Part shown: positions 29,632 through 40,705 of the stretch, one piece after another
Position numbering within the stretch: the stretch's first letter is position 1
Layout of the letters: each line of letters starts with the position of its first letter
NCBI GenBank assembly: GCA_038887515.1
Contig: JAWAKK010000002.1
Coordinates: 1 to 64,000, forward strand
Source of the DNA: Candidatus Nezhaarchaeales archaeon
Lineage (GTDB): Archaea > Thermoproteota > Methanomethylicia > Nezhaarchaeales > WYZ-LMO8
Direction of reading: 5' to 3'
Length of the DNA: 64,000 nt
Made by a program: the position numbers and the translations under genes
Notes under the pieces: model-generated
Databases searched by the model: none
What the model was told of the DNA's origin: nothing
Seen by the model: the letters and a program-made list of their open reading frames with translations, nothing else

Positions 29632-30081
29632 TTAGAAGTTTATTTTGTCTTCTTCCTTTACGGTGCGTAGGACTATCATCGTCTGAGTTGAGGTGACCCC
29701 CTCAACTTCTCCTATCCTATCTATTATCTTAGCCAACGAGTCTCTACTGCTCGCTCTAATCTTTAGGACTGCATAGTACTCGCCGGTTACATCGTATACC
29801 TCGTAGACGTCGTCTATTGATGCTACCTCTTTTAGAACTTCTTTGAACTTCATGGGATCGGCCTTCAAGAGGACTATTGCTGTAAATCCCTTCCCTACCT
29901 TTGCTGGATCTATGACAGCCCTAAAGCTTTTGATTACTCCAAGTTTTTTGAGCTTTTGGACTCGGAGATGGACGGTAGCTTCGCTGACCCCTATACTTGA
30001 GGCTATCTTCGAAAAAGGCATTCTTGCGTTTTCCTGCAACATTTTAAGGATTTTCAAGTCTACTTCGTCGAGTCCCTCCAT
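29632..30081 (-). CDS. Lrp/AsnC family transcriptional regulator
   Basis: LDEVDLKILKMLQENAR HTH, VTGEY RAM domain. Confidence 0.93.
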   Translation of the reverse strand: MEGLDEVDLKILKMLQENARMPFSKIASSIGVSEATVHLRVQKLKKLGVIKSFRAVIDPAKVGKGFTAIVLLKADPMKFKEVLKEVASIDDVYEVYDVTGEYYAVLKIRASSRDSLAKIIDRIGEVEGVTSTQTMIVLRTVKEEDKINF

Positions 30082-30208
30082 AATTCTTTAACCCCTACTT
30101 CAAAAAGTTGAGCTTTGCTTTAGATAATTTTCAAGTAACCCTTAACTATTTAAGGTTTAAACGAAAGACCTATGAAATCCTTAATAGCGTAGGCAGTAGA
30201 AGTATTCC

Positions 30209-31336
30209 TTGATGATGCAGAGGAGAGCCTTCGACCTACCATTGCATGACGGCAAGGCCCCTAGGTGGCTCTATGAAAGGATGGTCAGGTTGGCGAGTTG
30301 CATTTTAGCGATAATAATCGATGAGTATGGTCCTAGAGGGTTCCTAGAAAGGGTAGCAGACCCCCTGTGGTTTCAAGCTTTAGCTTGCACTCTAGGATAC
30401 GACTGGGATAGTAGCGGTACTACAACAGTTACGTGCGCTGCGATTAAGAAAGCTCTACGAAATAGAGAGCTTGGAGTAAAAGCTTGTGGAGGTAAGGGTA
30501 AGACCTCGCGGCTTACGCCTCAAGAGATAGTCGAGGTCTGCAAGCTTTACGATATTGAAATCTACGCATCCAGCCTAGTAAAGGCAAGCAGGCTTGTAGC
30601 AAAGATAGACACCTCAGCCATACAGGCTGGATATCAGTTGTATCATCATATGTTCTTCATAGCTGAGGACGGTTCTTGGGCCGTGGTACAACAGGGAATG
30701 AGAGAGAAGTACGCGAGAAGGTTCCACTGGCTTTCAACGGAGTTAAATAACTTCAGCGAAGAGCCCCATAGCGGAATAGTTGGAGACACTGTTCATCAAA
30801 GCGTCCTAAACTTAACGGATAAAGAGAGTAGAGAAGCTAGGAAGCTATGCGTTGAGGTGGCGAAGGAGGGGCCTGAAAGAGTTAAGAAGCTACTTAGAGT
30901 TGCCTACACGAAGATTAGGGGCCCTCTCGATCAATGGCTACAGAGAGAGGGTACCGTAAATATCGACGTTTATAGGCTGCCGCAGACCGTCAATTGGACT
31001 GCGCTGGAGGAAGCACTTCGATTAAGCCCTTCAAGCTTCGAGGAGTTACTGCTAATTGATGGCATGGGCCCCCTGACTATAAGGAGCCTTGCGCTGATAG
31101 CTAACCTCATATTCGAGGCGAAGTTAAGCTGGAGGGACCCTGTAAAGTATTCGTTTGCGTTCGGCGGCAAGGACGGGATACCTCACCCGGTCGACGTCAA
31201 GAGGATGGATGAAGCAATAGGTTTCCTAGAAGCCGCTGTCGATAAAGCAAACGTTGATTGGAAGGAGAAGAGGGAAGCTCTTAGAAGGTTAGCCGGCTTA
31301 CTTGTTGGCGTGCATGAGCGTAATCGACGCGAATAG
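30209..31336 (+). CDS. DUF763 family protein
   Basis: DLPLH.GKAP.WL, DWDSSGTTT, YQLYHH, FAFGGKDG.P. Confidence 0.9.
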   Translation: MMMQRRAFDLPLHDGKAPRWLYERMVRLASCILAIIIDEYGPRGFLERVADPLWFQALACTLGYDWDSSGTTTVTCAAIKKALRNRELGVKACGGKGKTSRLTPQEIVEVCKLYDIEIYASSLVKASRLVAKIDTSAIQAGYQLYHHMFFIAEDGSWAVVQQGMREKYARRFHWLSTELNNFSEEPHSGIVGDTVHQSVLNLTDKESREARKLCVEVAKEGPERVKKLLRVAYTKIRGPLDQWLQREGTVNIDVYRLPQTVNWTALEEALRLSPSSFEELLLIDGMGPLTIRSLALIANLIFEAKLSWRDPVKYSFAFGGKDGIPHPVDVKRMDEAIGFLEAAVDKANVDWKEKREALRRLAGLLVGVHERNRRE

Positions 31337-31347
31337 CCTTAAAATAA

Positions 31348-31908
31348 TTGGGTACCGAGATAATTTTAAGTTGCGCTAGGCAAAGGGGTTTAAAGCACTT
31401 GTCGTCGAGCGCTGAAGAGAGGATAGTAGCAGTCGTGCCAGCACTTACGCCAGAGCACTTAGCTTTAAGTAAGTTGTACTTCGTGATCGTAACGAATAAG
31501 AGAGTTATGGGGCTTTACTGCGGAGGCCTCTTATCCGGAATCGATAGGTTTGCCTCTATACTGGAGGCCCTAGGATGGACTCCGGTCGCAAAGTACTCAT
31601 TAGCTAAAGAGATCCTCCTAGCTCCCAGCAGCGTACCGCTCGACAAACCTATGATAGGAGAGGAGGCTGAAGTAGACATTGAAGAGCTGGAGAAACTCTT
31701 ACAAGCTAGAAAGAACAACTTCGTCTATAGCTTGGACGAGATAAGCGAAGTGAGGATAGAGCCTAGGAGGGGACACGACGTTTTCTATAATTTCACGATA
31801 GTAGCTAAAGGAAAGTCGAAGAAACTACTAGTCAGCGTAAGAGTCATCAGAATCGTCGAGGATCTGTTTAAAAAGGTGCTTAAAGAGAAGCTTAAGATAA
31901 CTTATTGA
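31348..31908 (+). CDS. Hypothetical protein (possible PH-like fold)
   Basis: 186-aa ORF, IVTNKRV segment; true start may be TTG near 31399. Confidence 0.5.
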   Translation: MGTEIILSCARQRGLKHLSSSAEERIVAVVPALTPEHLALSKLYFVIVTNKRVMGLYCGGLLSGIDRFASILEALGWTPVAKYSLAKEILLAPSSVPLDKPMIGEEAEVDIEELEKLLQARKNNFVYSLDEISEVRIEPRRGHDVFYNFTIVAKGKSKKLLVSVRVIRIVEDLFKKVLKEKLKITY

Positions 31909-32684
31909 GCGTCTTCAGCCTTAGCGCCTACCTCGCTAGCAAGCTCCTTAAGCATCCTGCAGGCTTCATAGACCTCTTTTTCAGCTTCCTCCTTAATCGA
32001 AGCTCTACAAGAGACCTCTACCTCTATGTACAGCTCGCCATCCCTCTTAGGGCGAGACTTGACGTAGACCGACCTGAACTTCTTCATAACCTCGTCTATT
32101 AGGGGTGCGAGAGAAGACTCCTCGATCCCGCTAACCTTAATGGTTTTAAAGATGAAAGCAGTTCTCGAAAGCCTAGAGACTATAGGTTCTACATGTAGCT
32201 CGAACATGGCTTTCATCTCCGATGGGACCCCGGGCAGTGCTATGATGGTAGTAGCTCCAACCTCTATCAGACATCCTGGGGCTGTACCTACAGGGTTAGA
32301 GAGGGGCTTACCGCCTTCCGGTAGCCTAGCCATCTTTAGCCTAGGAGGCGTAACGTCTCCGCCGTACTTCTCTTCAATCATGCGAAGCGCTTCTTGGTTA
32401 AGCTTAAGACGAAGGCCTAGGGCAATCGAGATGCTCTCAAGGGTCCTATCATCGAAGGTGGGGCCTAAGCCGCCGGTAGTGATTATAAGCTTTGGCTTCC
32501 TATCTAGCGCTTCCCTTATCGCGGCGCTACATTCCTCAACTTCATCGCTTACGGTGGTAATCCTCTTAACTATGCCGCCAAGCCTAGTTATCCTATCAGC
32601 GATCCAAGATGCGTTCGTGTTAACGACCCTACCCGTTAGAAGTTCGTTACCTATGGTTATGAGTTCTACCGTAAGGTCCTCCAT
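31902..32684 (-). CDS. CinA-like/molybdopterin-binding domain protein
   Basis: IGNELLTG..VNTNA, TGGLGPTFDD, NPVGTAPG, LPGVP. Confidence 0.9.
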   Translation of the reverse strand: MEDLTVELITIGNELLTGRVVNTNASWIADRITRLGGIVKRITTVSDEVEECSAAIREALDRKPKLIITTGGLGPTFDDRTLESISIALGLRLKLNQEALRMIEEKYGGDVTPPRLKMARLPEGGKPLSNPVGTAPGCLIEVGATTIIALPGVPSEMKAMFELHVEPIVSRLSRTAFIFKTIKVSGIEESSLAPLIDEVMKKFRSVYVKSRPKRDGELYIEVEVSCRASIKEEAEKEVYEACRMLKELASEVGAKAEDAQ

Positions 32685-32850
32685 ACTACCACCGTCGATT
32701 CAAAAAGCAAGCTCTAGGAGACCATCTTCGACGATGGTTTAGCTCTATTATAAACCTTCCGCAAAACACCGTAATAGCTTCTGTAGCTTCTTGGCTTTAA
32801 GTAAGTACTCGAGGTACATTGCTTTTACGGTTTGGCGAGCGAGCCATCCA

Positions 32851-33885
32851 CTATGTTGTTAGGAGCTTATTGACGTTCAAGTTAAGAACAACTTCTGCGA
32901 TGTCGCTTGAGTACTCTCCAATCCTCCTTACGTCCTCCAAGATCATTTTTATACTTGGAGAAAGCATTCTTCCAAACCTCTCCGCGATAGCTTTTAGTGC
33001 TTCCTCTTCTATCAGCGCCATCTTCTTCGCCTCCGACACTACTTCCTCCGCTAGAGCGTAGTTCCTTTCGAAGAGGGACTTCATGGATTTTTCGAGCATA
33101 GATCTAGCGAAGGAACTCATGCCGGAAATCTTCTCAAGTACATAGTCTTCAAGCTTATCCTCAAGCAGTAGAGTGCTCTTAGCTATCCTTGCAGCGTGGT
33201 CAGCAGCTCGCTCTACGAATTTAACAATAACCCTGTAGCCCAAGCAGTCCTTCGGGTTTTCGAGCCCAATATCCCTTAAAACCCTACTGTTTTGAACCGT
33301 AGCCTTAAGTTGTCTAACTATGTAGAAGCCGAAGCGATCGACCTCATCGTCGAGCTCAATTATGTTCTTGGCTAAATCCTTATCCATGTTAATCAAGGCG
33401 TTCACAGCACCTTCAAGCATTGAGGACGCTACCAGGTACATACGCCTAAGGGCGGATGCCACCGATAGCTCGTGATAGCTAACCAAGACCTTCAACACCA
33501 TCTCTCGAGGGCTATCAGATATAATCTCTGTGCCCACGAGCCTCCTCTTCACGAGTTCGCTTATAGTGCTCCTCTGCTGTTGTGTTATCTGACTACCCGA
33601 CGTAACTACGGTGATGGAGCTATAGCCATTAAGGTATAGAGCTATTATTGCGCGCACTACCTTGTCGGGAGCATCCTTGTCTGATACCTTAAGCACCGCT
33701 TCTTGAGACTTAATGGTTGGTTTAACTAGTTCCTTAGGAGTTATGATGAGAGAGTTTCCTTCCCGTAACACTACAACTTGGCTACCGGCCTCAAGGCCCA
33801 TCTCGGAGACCCATCTCTTCGGCAAGGAAACTATGTAAGTCGTCTTGCCAGTAAGCTGAATCCTCCTTACCTCCTCGCTCCTCAT
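32851..33885 (-). CDS. phoU: AbrB-PhoU phosphate uptake regulator
   Basis: RRIQLTG..TYIVSLPK AbrB domain; DDEVDR, ERAADHA. Confidence 0.92.
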   Translation of the reverse strand: MRSEEVRRIQLTGKTTYIVSLPKRWVSEMGLEAGSQVVVLREGNSLIITPKELVKPTIKSQEAVLKVSDKDAPDKVVRAIIALYLNGYSSITVVTSGSQITQQQRSTISELVKRRLVGTEIISDSPREMVLKVLVSYHELSVASALRRMYLVASSMLEGAVNALINMDKDLAKNIIELDDEVDRFGFYIVRQLKATVQNSRVLRDIGLENPKDCLGYRVIVKFVERAADHAARIAKSTLLLEDKLEDYVLEKISGMSSFARSMLEKSMKSLFERNYALAEEVVSEAKKMALIEEEALKAIAERFGRMLSPSIKMILEDVRRIGEYSSDIAEVVLNLNVNKLLTT

Positions 33886-33899
33886 ACACCTCGACCAAT

Positions 33900-33949
33900 C
33901 TATATAGCTAACTTTTCAACTATATAGTTTATCAAGACAAGCTATATAT
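33900..33949. promoter_or_regulatory. Three phased CTATATA(G) palindromes between phoU and pstS
   Basis: CTATATAG 33900-33907, AACTATATAGTT 33918-33929, CTATATAT 33942-33949. Confidence 0.5.
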
Positions 33950-33981
33950 TTGTTACTTTGAAACCCTTATTTTAGAGATTT

Positions 33982-35175
33982 ATGAAGGCGGTCGTTAGAA
34001 CGACATTGATAGTAGTTTGCGTAATTGCAATTGCTATTGGAGGTGCGGTAGCTTATCAGCTGTTTCAAACACCACAAGCTGGTAGTGAGGGAGGCGCTCA
34101 AGGTGGACAAGTACAAGAAGGAGGAAGGGAAGGACAGCAAGGAGGCGGGGAAACAGTTCAAGAAAAACTTGTATCACTTGAAGGGGCTGGCGCTACATTT
34201 CCGTTTCCGCTAATAGATAAGTGGATCACGGAGTACAACAAGGTCAAGCCCAACGTCCTCATAAACTACAAGCCTATTGGTAGTGGTGGTGGAATTAGGG
34301 CTCACATGGAGAAGACGGCGCACTTCGCAGTAAGCGATGTCCCACTTAGCCCCAGTCAATACAGGAACGCTAGCGGCAGCCTCCACATACCGTTAACGAT
34401 AGGGGGCGTAGTGCCTATCTACAACATTCCAGGTATAACTAAGATGCTCAACTTCACCGGAGCAGTCTTAGCGAAGATCTATCTCGGCGAAATAACGAAG
34501 TGGAACAATCCTGAACTCGTTGCCCTAAATCCCGGGGTCAGTCTACCAGATAAGGACATAATAGTCGTCCGAAGAGCGGACGCTAGCGGGACCACGTTCA
34601 TCTGGACGAGCTACCTTTCAGCTGTATCTCAAAGTTGGAGGGAAAAGGTTGGCGCAGGAACCTCGGTAAACTGGCCTACGGGGCTTGGTGCCAAGGGGAA
34701 CGATGGAGTGGCCGCTACGGTCAAACAAACGCCCTACTCTATAGGATACGTAGAGTTCACGTACGCTAAGACCAATGACCTCACGTACGGTCGTGTACGA
34801 AATGCAGCTGGAGAATTCGTTGAGCCTAGCATAGAGTCGTTCATGAAGGCAGCCGCCATAACTTTGCCTAGAGGTGATGAGAGCTGGTCGGGCGTTTCAA
34901 TAGTCAGCAGTATTGTGAACAATAGGGAGGCTAGAGGTGTATATCCAATAACGAGCTTCTCCTACTTCATAGTGTACAGGGAGCTTAGCGTCTTCCAAGA
35001 CATGGATTTAGACAAGGCTAAGGCATTGGTATACTTCCTGTGGTGGTGCATGCATGAAGGGCAGCGCTATGCCGCTGAATTGTACTACGTCCCGCTACCC
35101 TCCAACGTAATAAAAATCAACGAAGAAACCATCAGGATGATTACATTCAATGGAGTGCAGGTCTACGGTGGCTGA
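33982..35175 (+). CDS. pstS: Phosphate ABC transporter substrate-binding protein
   Basis: GAGATFPFP, GSGGG, RRADASGTT, YPITSFSY; N-terminal TM anchor. Confidence 0.95.
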   Translation: MKAVVRTTLIVVCVIAIAIGGAVAYQLFQTPQAGSEGGAQGGQVQEGGREGQQGGGETVQEKLVSLEGAGATFPFPLIDKWITEYNKVKPNVLINYKPIGSGGGIRAHMEKTAHFAVSDVPLSPSQYRNASGSLHIPLTIGGVVPIYNIPGITKMLNFTGAVLAKIYLGEITKWNNPELVALNPGVSLPDKDIIVVRRADASGTTFIWTSYLSAVSQSWREKVGAGTSVNWPTGLGAKGNDGVAATVKQTPYSIGYVEFTYAKTNDLTYGRVRNAAGEFVEPSIESFMKAAAITLPRGDESWSGVSIVSSIVNNREARGVYPITSFSYFIVYRELSVFQDMDLDKAKALVYFLWWCMHEGQRYAAELYYVPLPSNVIKINEETIRMITFNGVQVYGG

Positions 35176-36175
35176 TAGAGTGCGCGCGAAAATTAGCCTT
35201 AAAACTCCCAATTTTATTTACGGTTTGAGATCTTGGATTCCTCAATTTAAATATATATTTAAAGGCGATAGAATCTTTAAGGCGCTTTGCGTTGCCGTTG
35301 CTTCAAGTGTAATCCTTATTCTAGGATTGATGGTTTACGAGTTAACCTTACGTTCTAAATTATCGATAGAGACCTTCGGCTTAGGTTTTATGGTGGGTAC
35401 CACATGGGACCCGGTCAAGGAAGTTTTTGGAGCCTTGCCGCTCATACTCGGCACGCTGGCTACGTCCGCGATCGCGCTACTCATAGGTCTGCCCATAAGC
35501 TTGGGCATTGCCTTAGCTATTTCGGAGTACATGCCCAAGAGGTTGGGTAAATCATTCACGTTCCTGGTAGAACTCCTGGCCGCAGTACCAAGCGTGGTCT
35601 ACGGGCTTTGGGGGATGTACGTCCTCATCCCATTTCTACGTGACAACGTATACCCGTTTCTGCAAGTTGCGCTGGGCTTCATCCCATTATTCTCCGGTCC
35701 AATATACGGTGGAGGCGTTTTAACTGGGGGCATCGTGCTAGCAATCATGATAGTGCCGATAATCTCCTCTGTTACGAGAGACTTGTTTTCGTCGGTTCCG
35801 CAATCCATGAGGGAGGCAGTCCTAGCGTTAGGAGCTACAAAGTGGGAGACCGCGAAGACTGTAATGAGCTACGCGCGCTCCGGCATCCTAGGCGCGGCGC
35901 TTCTCGGTTTAGGGAGAGCTATGGGCGAAGCTATGGCCATCTCGATGGTCATAGGTAACCAGTTCAAGTTACTCCCCTCATCCCTCTTCGACGCTTGGTA
36001 CACCATGTCGGCAATGATAGTGAACGAACTCTTAGAGGCAGTTCACGAGCTCCACGTTAGCGCCCTAATAAACGTTGGGCTACTACTCCTAGTCATAAAC
36101 CTAGTGGTCGTAATTCTGGCGAGGCTCATCGTCTGGCGATCCCTAAGGATGGTTAAGGGGGTCATGAGGGAGTGA
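35168..36175 (+). CDS. pstC: Phosphate ABC transporter permease PstC
   Basis: ELLAAVPSVVYGLWG, ALGATKWE, GRAMGE; start 35150 or 35168. Confidence 0.93.
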   Translation: MADRVRAKISLKTPNFIYGLRSWIPQFKYIFKGDRIFKALCVAVASSVILILGLMVYELTLRSKLSIETFGLGFMVGTTWDPVKEVFGALPLILGTLATSAIALLIGLPISLGIALAISEYMPKRLGKSFTFLVELLAAVPSVVYGLWGMYVLIPFLRDNVYPFLQVALGFIPLFSGPIYGGGVLTGGIVLAIMIVPIISSVTRDLFSSVPQSMREAVLALGATKWETAKTVMSYARSGILGAALLGLGRAMGEAMAISMVIGNQFKLLPSSLFDAWYTMSAMIVNELLEAVHELHVSALINVGLLLLVINLVVVILARLIVWRSLRMVKGVMRE

Positions 36176-37008
36176 AGGTTACCTCCAACTATACTTTGAG
36201 GAAGGTTAAGGACAAGATCGTGCACTTAATGGTTTACTTAGCGCTCGCAGTAGCCCTAGTCCCGCTTTTCAGTATTATTTTCGAGGTAGCGAAGAGGGGG
36301 CTAGGAGCGATAAGCCTAGACTTCTTCTTTAAGCCCACGCCAGCCGTAGGGGAGGCAGTAGGCGGGATTGCGAACGCTATACAGGGCACCTTCATAACCA
36401 TCGGGTTGGCGTCTCTAATAGGAGTACCCATAGGAGTAATATCCGGAATCCTATTAAGCGAGTATGGTGAAAGCAGGTTATCGTCAATTATAAGGTTCTT
36501 CAACGAGGTGCTCAACGGGGTACCGTCAATAGTCATCGGTATATTCTGCTACGCTATCATAGTCCTAGCTATAGGCTTCTCGGTTACGGCGGCATCATTT
36601 GCCCTGGCAATAATAATGATACCGATCGTTACTAGGACGACGGAGGAGGCACTCAAGATAATCCCAGCAACAATAAGGGAGGCAGCCCTAGCTCTCGGGA
36701 TTCCGAGGTGGAAGACCACTATGTACGTGGTCCTGAGGGGAGCAAAGAAGGCCATAATTACGGGGGTACTACTGGCGATCGCGAGGATATCCGGAGAATC
36801 AGCGCCAATACTTGTTACCATGGGGTTCTGGAAGTGGTGGTTCATGGGGCTCGACAAGTCGGTAGCTAACTTAACGTTAAACATATTCCTATTCGCCAAG
36901 TCGCCTTTCGAGAACTGGATAGTCCTAGCTTGGGGCTCGGCCTTGATACTCATCTTCATAGTTCTCGGGATAAATGTGATAGTTAGGGCATTGATGAAGG
37001 GGGTGTAG
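36172..37008 (+). CDS. pstA: Phosphate ABC transporter permease PstA
   Basis: [25 protein letters not shown]. Confidence 0.93.
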   Translation: MKVTSNYTLRKVKDKIVHLMVYLALAVALVPLFSIIFEVAKRGLGAISLDFFFKPTPAVGEAVGGIANAIQGTFITIGLASLIGVPIGVISGILLSEYGESRLSSIIRFFNEVLNGVPSIVIGIFCYAIIVLAIGFSVTAASFALAIIMIPIVTRTTEEALKIIPATIREAALALGIPRWKTTMYVVLRGAKKAIITGVLLAIARISGESAPILVTMGFWKWWFMGLDKSVANLTLNIFLFAKSPFENWIVLAWGSALILIFIVLGINVIVRALMKGV

Positions 37009-37012
37009 GCAC

Positions 37013-37798
37013 GTGACGATATATAGGGTTGAAGCTATAATGAAATGTAAAATAGAGATAGAGGACTTGAACGCTTGGTACGGCTCTAAGCAGGTCCTTA
37101 AGGACATCAACATGAGGGTGGCAGAGAGGGCGGTTACGGCTGTAATGGGTCCCTCTGGGTGCGGCAAGACAACGCTAATACGCTGCATAAACAGGATGCA
37201 CGAGCTTGTCCCGGGAGCTCGCGTTACTGGAAAGGTGTTCTTCAACGGAGTAAACATATACGATAGTAAGGTCGACCCGGTCCAAGTGAGGAGGAGGATC
37301 GGTATGGTCTTCCAGAAGCCGAACCCTCTACCCATGTTCTCGATATACGATAACGTCGCCATAAGTCCAAGGCTCAACGGTGTTAGGAGTAGAGAAGTTC
37401 TAGACTCCATTGTTGAGCGTAGCTTAAAGCTCGCGGGGCTATGGGACGAGGTAAAGGACGACCTAGACAAGCCAGCTACAAGCCTATCGGGAGGACAGCA
37501 ACAGAGACTCTGCATAGCTAGGGCGCTTGCAGTTGAGCCCGAAGTCATATTAATGGACGAGCCTACGTCGTCTCTAGACCCTATCTCCGCCGCCAAGATA
37601 GAGCATCTCATTAGGAAGCTAGCTGAGCACTACACGATAATCATTGTAACCCACAACCTACAGCAAGCCGCAAGGATATCCGACTATGTAGCCTTCCTCT
37701 ACTTAGGAGAGCTAGTCGAGTACGGACCCACAAGGAAGGTCTTCGAAGACCCCGAGAGCGAGCTAACGTCTAGGTACATATCCGGAGTGTTCGGCTAA
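37013..37798 (+). CDS. pstB: Phosphate ABC transporter ATPase PstB
   Basis: [37 protein letters not shown]. Confidence 0.95.
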   Translation: MTIYRVEAIMKCKIEIEDLNAWYGSKQVLKDINMRVAERAVTAVMGPSGCGKTTLIRCINRMHELVPGARVTGKVFFNGVNIYDSKVDPVQVRRRIGMVFQKPNPLPMFSIYDNVAISPRLNGVRSREVLDSIVERSLKLAGLWDEVKDDLDKPATSLSGGQQQRLCIARALAVEPEVILMDEPTSSLDPISAAKIEHLIRKLAEHYTIIIVTHNLQQAARISDYVAFLYLGELVEYGPTRKVFEDPESELTSRYISGVFG

Positions 37799-37907
37799 GC
37801 GTGAGACCTAGTAGACTGGTAGAGCGGTGCAGTTGAAGACAGACTCTGCCAAACGTGCTTAAAGAGAAGGGAAGAGCTAGAAAGCACAAGCAAATATTAG
37901 GTGAAGT

Positions 37908-40112
37908 TTAGAGTGGCATAAAGTCTTCCGGCTTCGGAATCGTCTTCGGTAGACCTTTCCTCTCCCTTATCTTTAGTATCAAGTCCGTTAGCATTGACTC
38001 GGGAACGGGCTGCCAACCCTTAAACTCAGTAGCCCAGAAGGCGCGGCCAGCAGTTGCACTCCTAATCTCATTGGCGAGGTCGAAGGTCTCGGAGACAGGT
38101 ATCTCGCCCTTAAGAATCATGAGTGTCTCCTGGGCCTCTAAGCTACTTACCTTACCGCGGTGGGTCATAAGCACTCTAGTCAATCCGGAAATGTAGTCCG
38201 CGGGGCACTTAGCTTCTATCTTTAAGATGGGTTCGAGGAGCGTTGGCCTAGCCGAAAGGAAGGCTGCAAATATCGCGTCTCGTAGAGCCGGCATTATCTG
38301 GGCCGGGCCTCGGTGAGCCGGGTCCTCGTGTACGAGGGCGTCTACTAGCTTAACCTTCACTCCACGGCATGGCTCGTGGCATAGAGGCCCTTCAGCTAGA
38401 GCCCACCTGAAGCCCGATATTAATGTGTCCTTGATGTCTCTAAGGTACTGGATACCCTTAGTAACGTCGACGAATATGTTTAAGAAGTCGTCGATAGCCC
38501 ATATACCCCTAGCCTCGTCGGTATCCCAGCCAGCCTCCTCTCTAAGTATCTTAGCGCGCTCTCTCCAGTCCTGGTCGTCGTAGACTCTTCCAGTCTCCAA
38601 CAGCTTAAGGGTCTCCTCGTTGAGGGGTTCTACGACCACGTAGACCCTGTTGTGCTTGTTAGGCGACTTACCTTCAAACGGCCCGACACTCTTCCTAACG
38701 CTCTCGCGGTAGACTACTATTGGGGGAGTAGTGACTACGTCTATCCCGGTCCTCTGCTTCAAGTCCCATAAAGCTATCTCTAAGTGGAGCTGACCCATAC
38801 CTGCGAGGAGGTATTCTCCAGTCTCCTGGTTGATCTTTACGTGGAGTGTTGGATCCTCAATCGCCATCTTCCTTAAGGCATCGACTAGCTTAGGTAAGTC
38901 GCTACTCTTCTTGGGTTCTATAGCTATTGTGACCACGGGCTCGCTAATGTAGCGGAGCCTCTCGAAGGGTATCATGCTGCCCTTGAGTGAGGGGTCTACG
39001 ACCGTCTCACCTGCTCTTGCATGCTCTAAGCCCAGCATAGCAGCAATGTTCCCGGCAGTAATCTTCTGACAGACCTCGCGGTACGGACCCATGTAGAGGC
39101 CGACTTGAGTAATCTTCTCTGAGACCCTACCCATCATTAGGTAGACCTCGCGGCCCTCTTCAACGGTACCGCTAAACACCCTACCTGTGGCGACGAGGCC
39201 TGCGTGAGGGTCAGCTACCACCTTGTTTATGCATACTACGAGCGGCCCCTGATCGTCGCAGTTTATCATGGCCTTGCCTACGGGGCTATCTAAATCGCCC
39301 TTCCAGATCCTAGGGATACGGTACTTCTGAGCCTCCATAGGGTTGGGGACGTGCTCGACAACCATATCAAGGATGGCAGCGTAAAGCGGGAAGTCCTCGA
39401 CCAGCTTATCGTAGTAGCCCTTCTCATAGGCGTCAACTATGTAGCTGAACCTAATACCCTTCTGTTGGGCAATCGGAATAGTTAAGCCCCACTTGTGGAG
39501 AGCTGCGCCGAAAGCCACCTGGCCCTTGGCGGGGTCGACCTTCCACTTATCCCTAAACTCTGGCTCAGCGTGTAAGTCTATTAGGGCGTTGAAGTCCTTA
39601 ATGATATTAACGAACCTCTGCTGAACCTCACTAGCGCTAAGCTTAAGCTCCTTAATCAACCGGTCAACCTTATTAATGTAGAGGAGAGGACGAACGCGCT
39701 CCTCCATAGCCTGCCTAACAACAGTCTCGGTCTGAGTCATAACACCCTCAACAGCGTCAACAACAACAATGGCACCATCCATAACACGAAGACTACGAGT
39801 AACATGACCAGTAAAATCAACGTGACCAGGGGTATCAACTAGATTGATAACGTAAGGCTTACCCTCCCACTCATGGTACAAAGAGACGTTAGCAGCCTTA
39901 ACAGTCATCTGGCGAAGCTGCTCAATCTCAACGTAGTCCAAAGCCAAGGCTTTGCCGGCGACCTTCGGGGAGATCATGCCGGCAGCCATGAGCAAGCTGT
40001 CACTAAGAGTAGTCTTACCATGATCCACATGCGCGAGTGTCCCTATGTTCCTAATCCGTTCTCGATCTCTCATTAACTTCAGGACTTCCTCAGTCTGCTT
40101 GAACTTCACCAC
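37908..40112 (-). CDS. fusA: Elongation factor 2
   Basis: [21 protein letters not shown], diphthamide loop [11 protein letters not shown]. Confidence 0.98.
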   Translation of the reverse strand: MVKFKQTEEVLKLMRDRERIRNIGTLAHVDHGKTTLSDSLLMAAGMISPKVAGKALALDYVEIEQLRQMTVKAANVSLYHEWEGKPYVINLVDTPGHVDFTGHVTRSLRVMDGAIVVVDAVEGVMTQTETVVRQAMEERVRPLLYINKVDRLIKELKLSASEVQQRFVNIIKDFNALIDLHAEPEFRDKWKVDPAKGQVAFGAALHKWGLTIPIAQQKGIRFSYIVDAYEKGYYDKLVEDFPLYAAILDMVVEHVPNPMEAQKYRIPRIWKGDLDSPVGKAMINCDDQGPLVVCINKVVADPHAGLVATGRVFSGTVEEGREVYLMMGRVSEKITQVGLYMGPYREVCQKITAGNIAAMLGLEHARAGETVVDPSLKGSMIPFERLRYISEPVVTIAIEPKKSSDLPKLVDALRKMAIEDPTLHVKINQETGEYLLAGMGQLHLEIALWDLKQRTGIDVVTTPPIVVYRESVRKSVGPFEGKSPNKHNRVYVVVEPLNEETLKLLETGRVYDDQDWRERAKILREEAGWDTDEARGIWAIDDFLNIFVDVTKGIQYLRDIKDTLISGFRWALAEGPLCHEPCRGVKVKLVDALVHEDPAHRGPAQIMPALRDAIFAAFLSARPTLLEPILKIEAKCPADYISGLTRVLMTHRGKVSSLEAQETLMILKGEIPVSETFDLANEIRSATAGRAFWATEFKGWQPVPESMLTDLILKIRERKGLPKTIPKPEDFMPL

Positions 40113-40324
40113 GACTCTTGCACCTCAATATGCGTCTTCACTCTAGCGTCTAGGGGCTAAAAAACTTTTACAATGCAAGCAGCTAGGTCCTTGTCGGGGT
40201 TTGGTCGGAGATTTTAAGGGGCTTTGGACGTCATTTTTGCTTTCATAGGCTTTCAGGACCTCGTTGCATAGCTTTGTTAATTCAAGTTCAATACCGTTTA
40301 ATATCCTCTTGATAGTCTTACTCG

Positions 40325-40620
40325 CTAGTATGGTGTTGTTATCACGTATTTCCTTCCTCGAGTTACTATCACGTCGTTGTTCTCTAGTGCTTTGAGTATC
40401 TGTTTTGCCTGATCTATTGTTATTGATGCTTTCTTGGCTAGTAACTTTGTGACTGTTGTCTTGGGGACCTCCTTGCCCTTCTCGTAGAATATGTTCCAAA
40501 GCTTTCTAGCTATCACCTCGGCATCTATGCTTGGTGGAAGCCCCCCTCTCGATTGCTATTCTGAGTTCAACCTCTAGGTCTGATCTCGTCGGCAAGCCTC
40601 GCTCCTCGTACTAAGCCATT
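40325..40620 (-). pseudogene. Fragmented gene remnant ending in a winged-helix-like segment
   Basis: Short ORF IARKLW...LKALENNDVIVTRGRKYVI preceded by broken frames; family not identified. Confidence 0.35.
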
Positions 40621-40705
40621 TCTTCTTCAAGTTGTCTTTCCTCCTCGGATAGCAATCTCGTTTCCCTGAAGCTTTATGAGAAGATCCCTAAAGGGAGTAG
40701 GATAA

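Noticed and set aside
34075-34160. Purine-rich GGA/CAA repeats in pstS
   Set aside because: They encode a Gly/Gln/Glu linker after the membrane anchor
37803-37850. tRNA-like words TGGTAGAGCG and TTGAAGA between pstB and fusA
   Set aside because: No anticodon stem pairing, T-arm or acceptor stem
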